A stretch of 60,854 nucleotides of DNA, filler included. It is 6 parts of 6 records of this genome, joined end to end, with 100 filler letters (N's around TTAATTAATTAA, not from the genome) between each part and the next. Parts side by side here need not be neighbours in the genome. Positions count along the whole stretch, not along the records: positions 20,218 to 33,579 come from DRR378314_2537; positions 33,680 to 40,042 come from DRR378314_2538; positions 40,143 to 49,538 come from DRR378314_2539; 3 more parts are not named here. The stretch is one strand, 5' to 3'. Below, in pieces: positions 31,401-41,905 of the stretch. The notes beneath the pieces are model-generated. The model worked only from the letters and a program-made list of their open reading frames with translations, was not told the origin of the DNA and did not search any database. Both the position numbers and the translations under genes were made by a program. Every line of letters begins with the position of its first letter. The first letter of the stretch is position 1.

Positions 31401-33191
31401 TTTTTTTCTACTGCAGAGATTTTTTATTGCGCTGTGCCTTCTTTCTCCTATGCTCTTCTGAAGGCTTTCCCCATGCACGCCTCTGCTTGTTGCTGTAGGA
31501 CACAATGGCGCGGGAAAGACAACGCTTATCAATATGCTCTGCGGTTTCTTTTCTCCCACTTCGGGCCATATCGAGGTACGTTCGTGGCGCGACTCCCGTT
31601 GCCGCACCAAGGCAAAGCATCACCTACTTTACCATCGGACTGAAGATAGCCTGTTGTTCTGCATTTGCGCATACATTTCGCTCCCTTGCGGTTTGCTAAA
31701 GGTCGATTGGTATGTGCTGGGACGCGCCTGTTATCGATACGCGCCGCTCTCCAACACGTATTGTGCGGCCTGCTTCCTGGCACGATGCCTGTGCTGCTTT
31801 TTCAACTGCTCCGCAAATGTAGAAAACGATTACGCATAGCATATGGTCCAAAGCGTTCAGCGGAGTTTTTCTGTGTTGCGGTTTACCTGCATTCGGAAAC
31901 GTTGCTTTATCCCGTGCGAGTGCCTGCCACGCGACCGCCAGCGCGCTCGGTGTCGCGTTCGCTTGATTCGCGGGCGCAGTCCGACGTGTCGTCGCGCCCC
32001 AGCCCCGCTTTGCTATTTTTCGCTTCTGTACTTTTTCCCAGAGATAGTATGTTCCGCTTCCCCACTCTCTGTCCAATGCAGGTGTCTGGAGTATCGGTGA
32101 CGTCAGATGCGGATCGAGTGCACCGCAGCCTAGGGATATGCCCGCAGCACGACATTCTGTGGGGTGTTCTGACCTGTCGCGAGCACCTCGATTTCTACGC
32201 GCGCCTGAAAGGAGTTGCAAGCCCGAAAAAGTAAGTGAGGTGGAGCAAGGATAGCCAAACAACGTCCGTCTCAGAACCGCTTTCCCTGTCTCGGCATTCC
32301 GCTTTTATTGCAAGGACCGATGCAGAAGCGCGTCGTTGAAGCTCGCTCGCGCCTTGGCACTGCGGTAGTGAATTTGCACAGCATGAGCTCTGCTGACCGA
32401 GTGCGCGACTGCTGGCCCGTCATTTTCCTTGTCGATGTTTCTGGATGCCGCGTAGCATTCCCGACGCTGTCCGGCACGCGCTCGACGATGTCGGTTTGTT
32501 GTATGCAGCGGACGTGGCGGCGGCCGAGTGCTCTGGCGGGATGCGGAGGAGACTCTCGGTTGCGATCGCGCTCCTTGGGAGCCCAGAGGTAACGGCTTTT
32601 TGCTGCAGGGGAGCCGCTGCGGGCACACTGCACATTTCTACCTACTACACAGGAGCATGTGCTGAAATTTGGTGCTTGGGTGTATTCCAGGCCGTATCTG
32701 TGCACTTCATTTCCGCGTATCCTTTCTACGGGGCTGCACGCGGCCAGCCTCCCCCCCCCGGCACATCGACGCGGTGTGATGCGTGAGACTTGGAATGTGA
32801 GCATATTCCACTGGGAGAGCGCGTGTCCTGCGCAACGACTGGCCAATGGGCGTGAGAGGAGAGATGTTGAGTGGTATACGACTGTTTCTACTCAAGCGTG
32901 GTCATTTGCTCCATCTGACTTGTCTCTGGTATTGCTCTGGGTGATCTGTTTTTGCGCGTGCTCCCAGGTCATCGTGATGGACGAGCCCTCTACAGGTCTC
33001 GATCCTGCATCTCGCCGCCAGCTCTGGGAAGTTATTGGGCGTGCGCGAAAGCAATCATCGATTCTTCTCACAACGCATTCCATGGAGGAGGCAGATGCAC
33101 TGTGTGATCGTATCGGAATATTTGCCGAGGGCGAGCTGATGTGCCTTGGGTCGCCAAAACAGCTCAAGGCGCGCTTCGGGCAATTCTTTCG
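25457..33191 (+). CDS. Eukaryotic ABCA-subfamily transporter, spliced, 5' start uncertain and 3' truncated; exons 25457-25515, 25970-26030, 26396-26486, 26795-26951, 27163-27333, 27791-27910, ~28196-28332, 28617-28772, 29077-29671, 29997-30078, 30525-30685, 31072-31156, 31499-31575, 32082-32230, 32456-32588, 32968-33191
   Basis: Phase-consistent GT-AG splicing yields VVRKTFVYQ|KKNRWTNCCQISLP (ABCA N-terminus), YEKEHRMREIMRMMG, CFGLLG|HNGAGKTT (Walker A), GICPQHDILW, SGGMRRRLSVAIAL, MDEPSTGLDP and LTTHSMEEADALCDR. A probable further upstream exon ends at 25023. Confidence 0.88.
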
Positions 33192-33579
33192 GTGCGCATT
33201 GCCGTCGCGAACGCGGTCGCGACTGTCCGGCGCGTCCGTATGTGTTGCGTCGACGCCCGGAAATGCGGTCCTACCTATCTCCACCGGTGTTGACCGATTT
33301 GGTACTTGGTGTAGCAAAGGAACGTGTCCCAGGTCCATTGCGCGTGTCCAAGTCCTTCCGACACGCGAGAGGCCAACGTTTGGGCACGGAGTGCAAGAGA
33401 GCTTGCAGTCCCTCCAGACGCGTCACATGCACAGCAGCACAAGCAACATGGAGGGTCCGAAGAAGCAAGCTCCGCGGTTTCGCTTCTGTTCCTTGGAATG
33501 CCTGGTCCTTCCTCTGCGAGGGCTTTTTGATCGTTTTGGATGTCTGCTTCGAGGCCTGCGTATTGTTGCGAACCGCCGC

Positions 33580-33679
33580 NNNNNNNNNNNNNNNNNNNNN
33601 NNNNNNNNNNNNNNNNNNNNNNNTTAATTAATTAANNNNNNNNNNNNNNNNNNNNNNNNNNNNNNNNNNNNNNNNNNNN
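33580..33679. other. Artificial contig spacer
   Basis: N44-TTAATTAATTAA-N44. Confidence 0.99.
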
Positions 33680-33988
33680 GTCGCCCTCTTTCCAGTCTTC
33701 GTTGGTCATTTTGACCTCAGGCTGCATCGCAGGGCGGTCGCCTGATTTTTCAAAATGCTCGGACATGGCACCGTCAATGCTTTCCTGCATTGCTTCGCCC
33801 ATAACACGCTGGCCAAACTGCTTTTTCAGCAGCGCCATCGGCACCTTGCCTTTGCGGAAACCCTTCATCTCGACTTCGGGCTGTGCCTCGGCCAGCTTTT
33901 CGTTGACCTTGGCTTCCAGTTCTGCGGCGGTAACCACGATGGAATATCCGCGTTTCAGACCTTCGTTCAGCGTCTCATTGACCTGCAT
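33680..33988 (-). CDS. tig: Trigger factor, 3' truncated
   Basis: [13 protein letters not shown] and the ribosome-binding signature GFRKGKVP. Confidence 0.95.
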
Positions 33989-34097
33989 GTGTGCTCCATA
34001 GAAATATGCCGCGCGGGGCCCGCGCGGGGTAAAATTTGCATCCTTCTATTGGGGTGTGTGCCAAGGTGCAAGGCCCGTTTGGCACTACCCCCAAAGG

Positions 34098-34394
34098 CTA
34101 CATGCCCAGTGCTTCCTTATACATTTCCATCACCGCCTCTTCTTCGGCGATATCATCCTTGTCGCGCTTGCGCAGCGCAATCACCTTGCGCAGCACCTTG
34201 ACGTCGTAGCCGCGTGATTTTGCTTCGGCCATGACCTCTTTTTGCTGCTCTGCAAGATCCTTCTTTTCGGCGTCCAGCCGTTCGATCCGCTCGACAAACT
34301 GGCGCAGCTCATTGGCGGTGACACGATAGGTCGCGTCGCCCTGCGCTTCGACAACATCGGATTGCGGGGCGGGATTGGTGGAAAAATCGCTCAT
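34098..34394 (-). CDS. gapR: DUF2312/GapR nucleoid-associated protein
   Basis: LRQFVERIERL...KEVMAEAKSRGYDVKVLRKVIALRK signature. Confidence 0.88.
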   Translation of the reverse strand: MSDFSTNPAPQSDVVEAQGDATYRVTANELRQFVERIERLDAEKKDLAEQQKEVMAEAKSRGYDVKVLRKVIALRKRDKDDIAEEEAVMEMYKEALGM

Positions 34395-34510
34395 CTGTAT
34401 AGGGTCCTGCGGTTGGGGAAGGTCAGTATTTCCCTGACTGACTACCGCCCCGCCCAGCGACCTGCAAGCCGCCCTTGCCCTGCCAAATCAATTGTCGTAG
34501 CCAAGCGCCC

Positions 34511-34750
34511 ATGGAACCCAAAACAACATCCGTTTTTGACATCATCATCTGGTCCGGTGCCGGATTGTCCCTGCTGGGCCTGCTGGGGTTGGTCTGGTGC
34601 ATCGTGCGGGTTGGCCGCGCAAAACGCGCAAAACTCGATGATGAAGCGATGCGCAAGGTGATCCAGTCGGCGATGCCACTGAACCTGGGTGCGCTGTGTT
34701 TGTCGGTCATCGGTTTGATGATGGTGATCATCGGAATTTTTCTGGCCTAA
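34511..34750 (+). CDS. Small two-TM hypothetical membrane protein
   Basis: 79 aa from the ATG at 34511; two hydrophobic helices flank a basic loop; fills the gap between gapR and the MBL-fold gene. Confidence 0.7.
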   Translation: MEPKTTSVFDIIIWSGAGLSLLGLLGLVWCIVRVGRAKRAKLDDEAMRKVIQSAMPLNLGALCLSVIGLMMVIIGIFLA

Positions 34751-34831
34751 GGGCCGCAGGAAGCAAAGCCGCCGCTTGGCGGGTTGCACAAAAACCGCTA
34801 GCCTGAGCGCACCCCAACAAGAGGTGCGCCC

Positions 34832-35710
34832 ATGTCACTGTCCATTCCCGCCCCGATTGTCACCGCGTTCTTTGACGATGCGACCAATACCGTCAGCTAT
34901 GTGGTGCAGGACCCGCAGGGCTCTGCCTGTGCAATCATCGATTCCGTGCTGGATTTCGATCACGCCGCGGGGCGTACCGACACCCGATCTGCCGATAGAG
35001 TCGTCGCCTTCATTCAAGATAAGGCGCTGAATTTGCAGTGGATATTGGAAAGCCATGTGCATGCCGACCACCTGTCTGCCGCCCCCTATCTGCAAGAGAA
35101 ACTTGGCGGTAAGATCGGCATCGGCAATCAAATCCGCGTGGTGCAGGATACCTTTGGAAAGGTCTTTAACGAAGGCACGGAATTTCAGCGCGACGGCAGC
35201 CAGTTTGACGCGCTGTTCGCAGATGGTGACAGTTTCCACATCGGTCAGATGCGCGCGGATGTGATGCACACGCCGGGGCATACGCCGGCTTGCCTGACTT
35301 ATGTGATCGGCGATGCGGCCTTTGTTGGCGATACATTGTTCATGCCGGATTTCGGTACTGCGCGTTGTGATTTCCCGGGGGGTTCAGCGCATGACCTCTA
35401 TCAGTCGATCCAGCGAATCCTGTCCCTGCCCGGTGAAACGCGCATCTTTGTCGGCCATGATTACAAGGCACCGGGCCGCGAAGATTTTGCCTGGGAAACC
35501 ACTGTTGCCGCGCAAAAGGCAGCCAATGTGCATGTCGGCGGCGGCAAGGACGAGGACAGCTTTGTCGATCTGCGCGAGACCCGCGACGCGCAACTGGCGA
35601 TGCCCAAACTGATCGTGCCCTCCCTGCAGGTCAACATGCGTGCGGGCCATATGCCCCCCGCCGAAGAGGATGGCACGGTGATGTTGAAACTGCCCATTAA
35701 CAAGCTTTGA
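34832..35710 (+). CDS. MBL-fold persulfide dioxygenase (Blh/PDO type II-like)
   Basis: ESHVHADH, HTPGHT, VGDTLF, ARCDFPGG, GHDY and PSLQVNMRAG motifs. Confidence 0.9.
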   Translation: MSLSIPAPIVTAFFDDATNTVSYVVQDPQGSACAIIDSVLDFDHAAGRTDTRSADRVVAFIQDKALNLQWILESHVHADHLSAAPYLQEKLGGKIGIGNQIRVVQDTFGKVFNEGTEFQRDGSQFDALFADGDSFHIGQMRADVMHTPGHTPACLTYVIGDAAFVGDTLFMPDFGTARCDFPGGSAHDLYQSIQRILSLPGETRIFVGHDYKAPGREDFAWETTVAAQKAANVHVGGGKDEDSFVDLRETRDAQLAMPKLIVPSLQVNMRAGHMPPAEEDGTVMLKLPINKL

Positions 35711-35768
35711 GATACTCGTGGCAAAGACGGCTATGGACAGGCCGGATGGGCTTTCGTACATCTGCGCC

Positions 35769-36191
35769 ATGGATATCCGACAGTTAACCCCCCGCTATTT
35801 CGTGAGCCCCCAGATCGCTGCCGAAGACATGGCCGATCTGGCAGCCGCTGGCATCACCCGTATTCTTTGCAACCGCCCTGACAGCGAAGTGCCGCCCAGC
35901 CACTCCGCCGAGGCCATCCGCACAGCGGCAGAAGCTGCGGGCCTGACCTTCGGCGAACAACCGCTGACCCATCAGACGATGACCCCGGATGTAATTGCAC
36001 AGAACCGTGCCCTTGGTGTGGAAACCGGTGACGTTGTCCTGGCCTATTGCGCATCGGGCACCCGTTCGACCATCGCGTGGGCGCTGGGACAGGCTGGCGA
36101 CATGGAACCAGATGCGATTGTTCAGGCGGCGCAGGACGGCGGGTACGACCTGTCCAATTTGCGTCAGGCACTGACCCAGCCCTTTGTCTGA
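35769..36191 (+). CDS. TIGR01244/DUF442 sulfurtransferase-phosphatase-fold protein
   Basis: SPQI, CNRPDSE and the active-site AYCASGTRS; start at the ATG at 35769. Confidence 0.88.
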   Translation: MDIRQLTPRYFVSPQIAAEDMADLAAAGITRILCNRPDSEVPPSHSAEAIRTAAEAAGLTFGEQPLTHQTMTPDVIAQNRALGVETGDVVLAYCASGTRSTIAWALGQAGDMEPDAIVQAAQDGGYDLSNLRQALTQPFV

Positions 36192-36195
36192 CAGT

Positions 36196-37413
36196 TCACC
36201 CGACGTTTAACTCTGGCAGCTCTGGCAGATCCGGCGCCTCATCAAAACCGGGTAGATCAGACATATCCGGCAAATCCGGAAGGTCCGGCAAACTGTCTGC
36301 CGGGGCTGTCGCGCCCTCGCCCTCACCGCCGGTGAGGTCTGGCAGATCAGGTAATTCCGGCAGGTCTGGCATCCCGTGCGGTTCATCGGCCTCGGCTGCG
36401 GGGCCGGAAATATCCGGCAAATTCATATGATCACGGTCGCTTGCCCGACGTTGCAGATTTTGTGTGCCGTCACTGGTCGCGGCGACCTGCACCGCGCGCA
36501 CCCCGTCCAGCTGACCAAGGGTGCCGCGCCCAATCGCGCGCCCCGCCAGCGTCTGAACCCGCACTTTGGAGAAATCCGCCGCCCCAAGGTCAAGGACATC
36601 CCCCACTGCAAGTTTGCCCAGATCCCGCAGTGGCATGCGCATTTTCGCGAGGGAAATCCGTAAATCGACCGTCAGCTTCATCACTGTCTCTGACAGGGTC
36701 ACCCGCTGAGGCGGATCAAGATCCGGTTTGTCCTCTGCCGGTGAATCCCCCGGTTTTGCAGCGCTTTCAACCTCCTGCCCCAGCGGCATGCACATCATAA
36801 TGCGGCCCTGCCGGATGCCGCCGGAAATATCGACGTCAATATGGATCAGCTGGTAATCCGGCGCATCCAGCGACATGGCCAAGACCCGCGCGTCTTCGAC
36901 CCAGGCTCCGAAACGAAACCCGGAAATCAGTTTCTGATCATCCGGGTCTTCGGGAACAGGTGCGGCACGTTGCAGAAGCGCATCCAGAAACGGCGCGGCA
37001 ATCGCGGCATCGGTCGGCGTCATAGGACGGTCCGTGCTGTCCTTCACCGCCAGAACCTTGCCCATGGTTTGTTGCTGAATCAGCGCCCCGACCAACGCAG
37101 GATCCATCATCACAGCCGCGCGGCGGCCACCGGGGCCGTCAAATAACATCAACAGATCAGTTTCGGACAAATGTTGATCGATCTTTTCGCCCGGACACGT
37201 CTGGTTGCGCAGGCTTAGCGCGGCCATCGACATTTCAAATTTGTCTTCAGCCACTTTGGCCAGCGTCAGCCGCAGTGCCTTGGCAAGCGACATCGCCCGC
37301 GCCTGATGCTCGGCACGGCCCGCTAGCGCCTTGCGATGCAAGGTCGTGTCCATGGGTGCATCGCCCTTCTGAGCGGTGCCTGCCGACCCTGCCATGTCCT
37401 GTTCTGATCCCAT
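36196..37413 (-). CDS. Orphan FliM/FliN C-terminal (SpoA)-domain protein with acidic Pro-rich tail
   Basis: FliM-like middle region (RPMTPTD) and SpoA-like MPLRDLGKLAVGDVL...GTLGQLDGVRAVQV. Confidence 0.7.
   Translation of the reverse strand: MGSEQDMAGSAGTAQKGDAPMDTTLHRKALAGRAEHQARAMSLAKALRLTLAKVAEDKFEMSMAALSLRNQTCPGEKIDQHLSETDLLMLFDGPGGRRAAVMMDPALVGALIQQQTMGKVLAVKDSTDRPMTPTDAAIAAPFLDALLQRAAPVPEDPDDQKLISGFRFGAWVEDARVLAMSLDAPDYQLIHIDVDISGGIRQGRIMMCMPLGQEVESAAKPGDSPAEDKPDLDPPQRVTLSETVMKLTVDLRISLAKMRMPLRDLGKLAVGDVLDLGAADFSKVRVQTLAGRAIGRGTLGQLDGVRAVQVAATSDGTQNLQRRASDRDHMNLPDISGPAAEADEPHGMPDLPELPDLPDLTGGEGEGATAPADSLPDLPDLPDMSDLPGFDEAPDLPELPELNVG
36199..36425 (-). repeat. Degenerate 9-nt coding repeat encoding (L/M)P(D/E) triplets
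   Basis: MPDLPELPDLPDL...LPDLPDLPDMSDLP...PDLPELPEL at the C-terminus. Confidence 0.8.
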
Positions 37414-37494
37414 TAACTTTACCCGCGGTTGCGGTCCTAAGTCAGAGATATAGCGGATTAAGTATTACCAGAGCCTTTAGGCAGGACGGAGAAG

Positions 37495-40042
37495 TCAGGA
37501 CGCAGCCGCCGTTTCCACCACCAATGCGCTATGGGGCAGTGATACCTGAAACGCCGCCCCCGGCTTACCTTCGAGATAGCGGATCTCTCCCCCCAGTCGT
37601 TCCATGATCTCTTGGCAAATCGCCAGCCCCAGCCCGGCACCATCCCCCTGTGATCCGCCGACACGGTAGAACTTCTCAAAAATCACCACCCGCTCATCCA
37701 CCGCGATGCCTGTACCATTGTCGATAAAGTCAATGGTAAGCCCTGTCGGCGTCAGACAAGGGATGATCGTCAGCTTGGGGGTTTCTGCCTGACAATATTT
37801 CTGCGCGTTGCTGATCAGATTGATGAAAACCTGCACCAAACGATCCAGATCAGTGTTCAGCACCACATCTCTCGCCTGCGGGGTGATCTGCACCTGCAAG
37901 CCGCCTTCGCCACCAGAGACCACTGTGGTCACTGCCCGCTCCAGAACCAGATGCAGCGGCTCTTGCGCCAGATGCAGGGACACCTGACCATTCTCCAGCA
38001 CAGACAGGTCCAGCAGATCGTCCAGCAGCCGGGTCAGGCGGATGGTTTCCGCGTGGATGATTGACGCATAGCGTGTTTTATCCGCCTCGCTCAGGCTGCC
38101 AGTGTCGCGCAGGATCTCCGAAAACGACCTGATCGAGGTCATCGGCGTGCGCAGCTCATGGCTGATCTGGCTAAGGAACCCGTCTTTTTGCAGTGACAGC
38201 TGCGTCAGCTTTTCATTGGCTGCCTGCAACTTGGCCGCTGTTTCTGACAATTGGCGTGATTTTTGTTCCAGCTGGCTGGAGTATTCCAGCATCTGTGCGG
38301 ATTCATCCGCCACCGCCAGCAGGTCCTGCACTGAAATCGCGCTGCCGCCGACAATCTGGCTGACCATTGCATGGGCCGTCGCTGCCCCGACCGAGGCCGC
38401 CAATTCACGTTCCAACGCTTCGATAAAGGCCGGTGTCGGTTCCGGCAGATGCCCGGACAGCCCCTGTGCCTCTGTTTGTTTCTGAAAGAAAATCTGCGCC
38501 TCGGATGCGCCCATGATGCGCTGGCTCATGATCATCAGATCTTCGCTGCCAGCCACTGAAGCGGTCCAGACCCGCGAAGGGCCCGCATGGTCCGACACGT
38601 TGACAAATTGCGCGCCCTGCAACCGTTCAATCGGTTCGGGGAAGGAAAAGATCGACACAAGGGTGAAGGCAAGCGTGTTAAGCGACAAGCTCCAGACAAC
38701 CGCATGTACAGTCGGATCCAGCCCCTCAATCCCGAAAAGCGCCTGCGGGCGCAGCCAGCTTAGCCCCATAAGCCCGTGTTCAAACGTGTCTTTTGACAGG
38801 GCAACGTCCATCCCGAAGCTGGGCAATAACATGGTGAATATCCACAGGGCAAAGCCGGTGCCCAACCCGCAAAGCGCCCCGGCCCGCGTGGCACCGCGCC
38901 AGAAAATTCCCCCCAGAAGTGCAGGCAAAAACTGCGCCACACCGCCAAAGCTGATCGTCCCTATCGCCGCCAAGGCGCCGCTGCCGCCGGATGCACGGTA
39001 GTAGAGAAACCCCAGCGCGATGGTTAACAGGATACAAAACCGCCGCGACAGGATGATCACGCCGCGCACATCCCCCGATTGCGTCGCCCCGCCCTGACGC
39101 AGCGCCAGCCAGACCGGCATCACAATGTGGTTGCTGACCATAGTGCTCAGCGCCAGCGTGGCGACAATGACCATCGATGTGGCCGAGGAAAACCCCCCCA
39201 GAAACGACAGCGTCGCCAGACCGTTCTGGTTCTGGCTAAGTGGCAGACTCAGCACAAAGAGATCAGGGTTTGATCCAGCCGGCAACAGATCAAGCCCAAC
39301 AACCGCAATGGGCACCACAAACAGGCTCATCAACATCAGATAGGCAGGAAAGGCCCAAGAGGCGATTTGCAAATGACGTTCGTCGTCATTCTCGACCACC
39401 ATCACCTGAAACATCCGAGGCAGGCAAAGGAACGCGGCAGCGGACAACAGGGTCAGCGCGGTCCAGCGGCTGCCCTGCACCTCCCATTCGCCAATGTCGG
39501 AAGCATCGATACGGGCCAGTGTTTCGGTCAATCCACCGGCCAACCCCCAGACCACAAAGATGCCGACCGCCAGCAGGGCCACCAGCTTGACCACCGCCTC
39601 GACTGCAACGGCGATGACGATGCCGTGGTGGCGTTCGTTGACGTTCAGGTTTCGCGTGCCGAACAACACCGTAAACAGGGCCAATCCGGTCGCCACCCAG
39701 AAGGCCGCAGGCGTGGCGTTGAACCCCTGTCCACCTGCCCCTTCAGCCGTTGCAAAGATCGAAAGAGACAAGACAACCGATTGTAATTGCAACGCAATAT
39801 AAGGGGTAACCCCGATAACCGCCATCAAGGTCACAACAATCGCCAGCGCGTTCGATTTGCCATAGCGCGATGAGATCAGGTCGGCAATCGATGTCACCCT
39901 TTGACTGCGCCCGATGCTGACCAAGCGACGCAGAATCCACCACCAGCCGATCATCACCAATGAAGGGCCAAGATAGATGGTGACATATTCCAATCCCGAG
40001 CGCGCGGCATAGCCAACCGCGCCGTAGAACGTCCAGGCGGTG
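37495..40042 (-). CDS. Sodium:solute symporter-histidine kinase fusion (CrbS/CbrA-like), 5' truncated
   Basis: Frame open to the contig edge (TAWTFYGAVG); PYIALQL, LPRMFQV and GGFSSATSM SSS motifs; H-box SHELRTPMTSI, N-box NLISNA and G-boxes DNGTG/GAGLGL. Confidence 0.92.
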
Positions 40043-40142
40043 NNNNNNNNNNNNNNNNNNNNNNNNNNNNNNNNNNNNNNNNNNNNTTAATTAATTAANN
40101 NNNNNNNNNNNNNNNNNNNNNNNNNNNNNNNNNNNNNNNNNN
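40043..40142. other. Artificial contig spacer
   Basis: N44-TTAATTAATTAA-N44. Confidence 0.99.
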
Positions 40143-40880
<738 letters not shown>

Positions 40881-40886
40881 TTATAA

Positions 40887-40923
40887 GTTGGATTATCTGA
40901 TGGTTGTGATAGTTTTAGGTTAT
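40887..40923. promoter_or_regulatory. Putative OxyR operator in the katG/oxyR divergent intergenic region
   Basis: GTTG-N7-TGAT-N7-ATAG-N7-TTAT, compared with the consensus ATAG-N7-CTAT-N7-ATAG-N7-CTAT; it overlaps the oxyR start codon. Confidence 0.6.
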
Positions 40924-41827
40924 GGCAAATTTCACTATCCGGCAGCTACGATACTTTGAAGCGCTTGCGCAACACCGCCATTTTGGCCGCGCAGCAGAGG
41001 CGTCTTCGGTTTCGCAACCCGCCTTATCTGTTCAGATCAAGGAGTTGGAGGAAAGTCTTGGCACGCAACTGGTGGAACGTGCGGCGCGCCAAATACAGCT
41101 CACCGCATTTGGCGAAGCCTTTCTGGAACGGGTCACTGCGATTCTGCGGTCCGTGGATGAGCTGGATGATTTCGCCCGCGCCGCCAAAGGGCAGTTGACC
41201 GGGCGTTTTCGTCTGGGAGTGATTCCGACGATCGCGCCATACCTGCTGCCTACCTTGATCGGTAAGCTGAACCAAAGCCATCCGGCGCTGGATCTGCATG
41301 TGCGCGAAACCCTGACGCCGCGTCTGGTGCAGGAGGTACAGAAAGGTCAGTTGGACACGGCGATTGTGGCCTTGCCGGTTTCGGAACCGACCTTGACTGA
41401 AACCGCACTGTTCAGCGAGAACTTTCTGTTGGTGCGGCCCCGGAGTGCGGCAAGCGAACCCGCGCCCAAAGGCGAGGATTTGCGCGATATGCGGTTGTTA
41501 TTGCTGGAAGAGGGGCATTGTTTTCGTGACCAGACTCTGGGCTTTTGTAACGCACCTTCTGCCATGCCCCGTGATGGGCTGGATGGCAGCTCCCTGTCGA
41601 CATTGGTGCAGATGGTTGGGGCAGGGATTGGGGTGACGGTGATCCCGCAGATGGCAGTTGAGGTGGAAACCCGTTCTGCCAATGTCAGCTGTACCTCCTT
41701 TGCTGGACCGCAGCCCGGGCGCACAGTTGGCATGATTTGGCGAAAATCCAACCCATTATCCGAAGCTTTCGCAGAGGTTGCCGGTGTCGTTCGCGCCTGT
41801 GGTCAGTTGGATCATCAGGGATGTTAA
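40922..41827 (+). CDS. oxyR: Hydrogen peroxide-sensing LysR regulator OxyR
   Basis: LysR HTH, GVIPTIAPYLLP and EEGHCFRDQTLGFC (two redox cysteines, C-x8-C); divergent from katG. Confidence 0.95.
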   Translation: MANFTIRQLRYFEALAQHRHFGRAAEASSVSQPALSVQIKELEESLGTQLVERAARQIQLTAFGEAFLERVTAILRSVDELDDFARAAKGQLTGRFRLGVIPTIAPYLLPTLIGKLNQSHPALDLHVRETLTPRLVQEVQKGQLDTAIVALPVSEPTLTETALFSENFLLVRPRSAASEPAPKGEDLRDMRLLLLEEGHCFRDQTLGFCNAPSAMPRDGLDGSSLSTLVQMVGAGIGVTVIPQMAVEVETRSANVSCTSFAGPQPGRTVGMIWRKSNPLSEAFAEVAGVVRACGQLDHQGC

Positions 41828-41905
41828 TCGGCTGGAAATAAATGTCTGCCTAAAACCCGCGCAACCGGTCCCCAAGGGCCATCCGTCGCGTGAAGGAAAT
41901 GCAGC

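Noticed and set aside
20494..33191. Introner-type mobile introns, suggested by the similar intron lengths
   Set aside because: By eye the introns share nothing beyond the splice signals; I saw no repeated body or terminal inverted repeats. An all-vs-all alignment would be decisive.
20166..33631. Dozens of short overlapping ORFs on both strands
   Set aside because: They are chance ORFs in GC-rich intronic DNA, or partial exons of the three real genes.
34832..35710. Metallo-beta-lactamase resistance gene
   Set aside because: The motifs and the DUF442 neighbour indicate a persulfide dioxygenase; there is no signal peptide.
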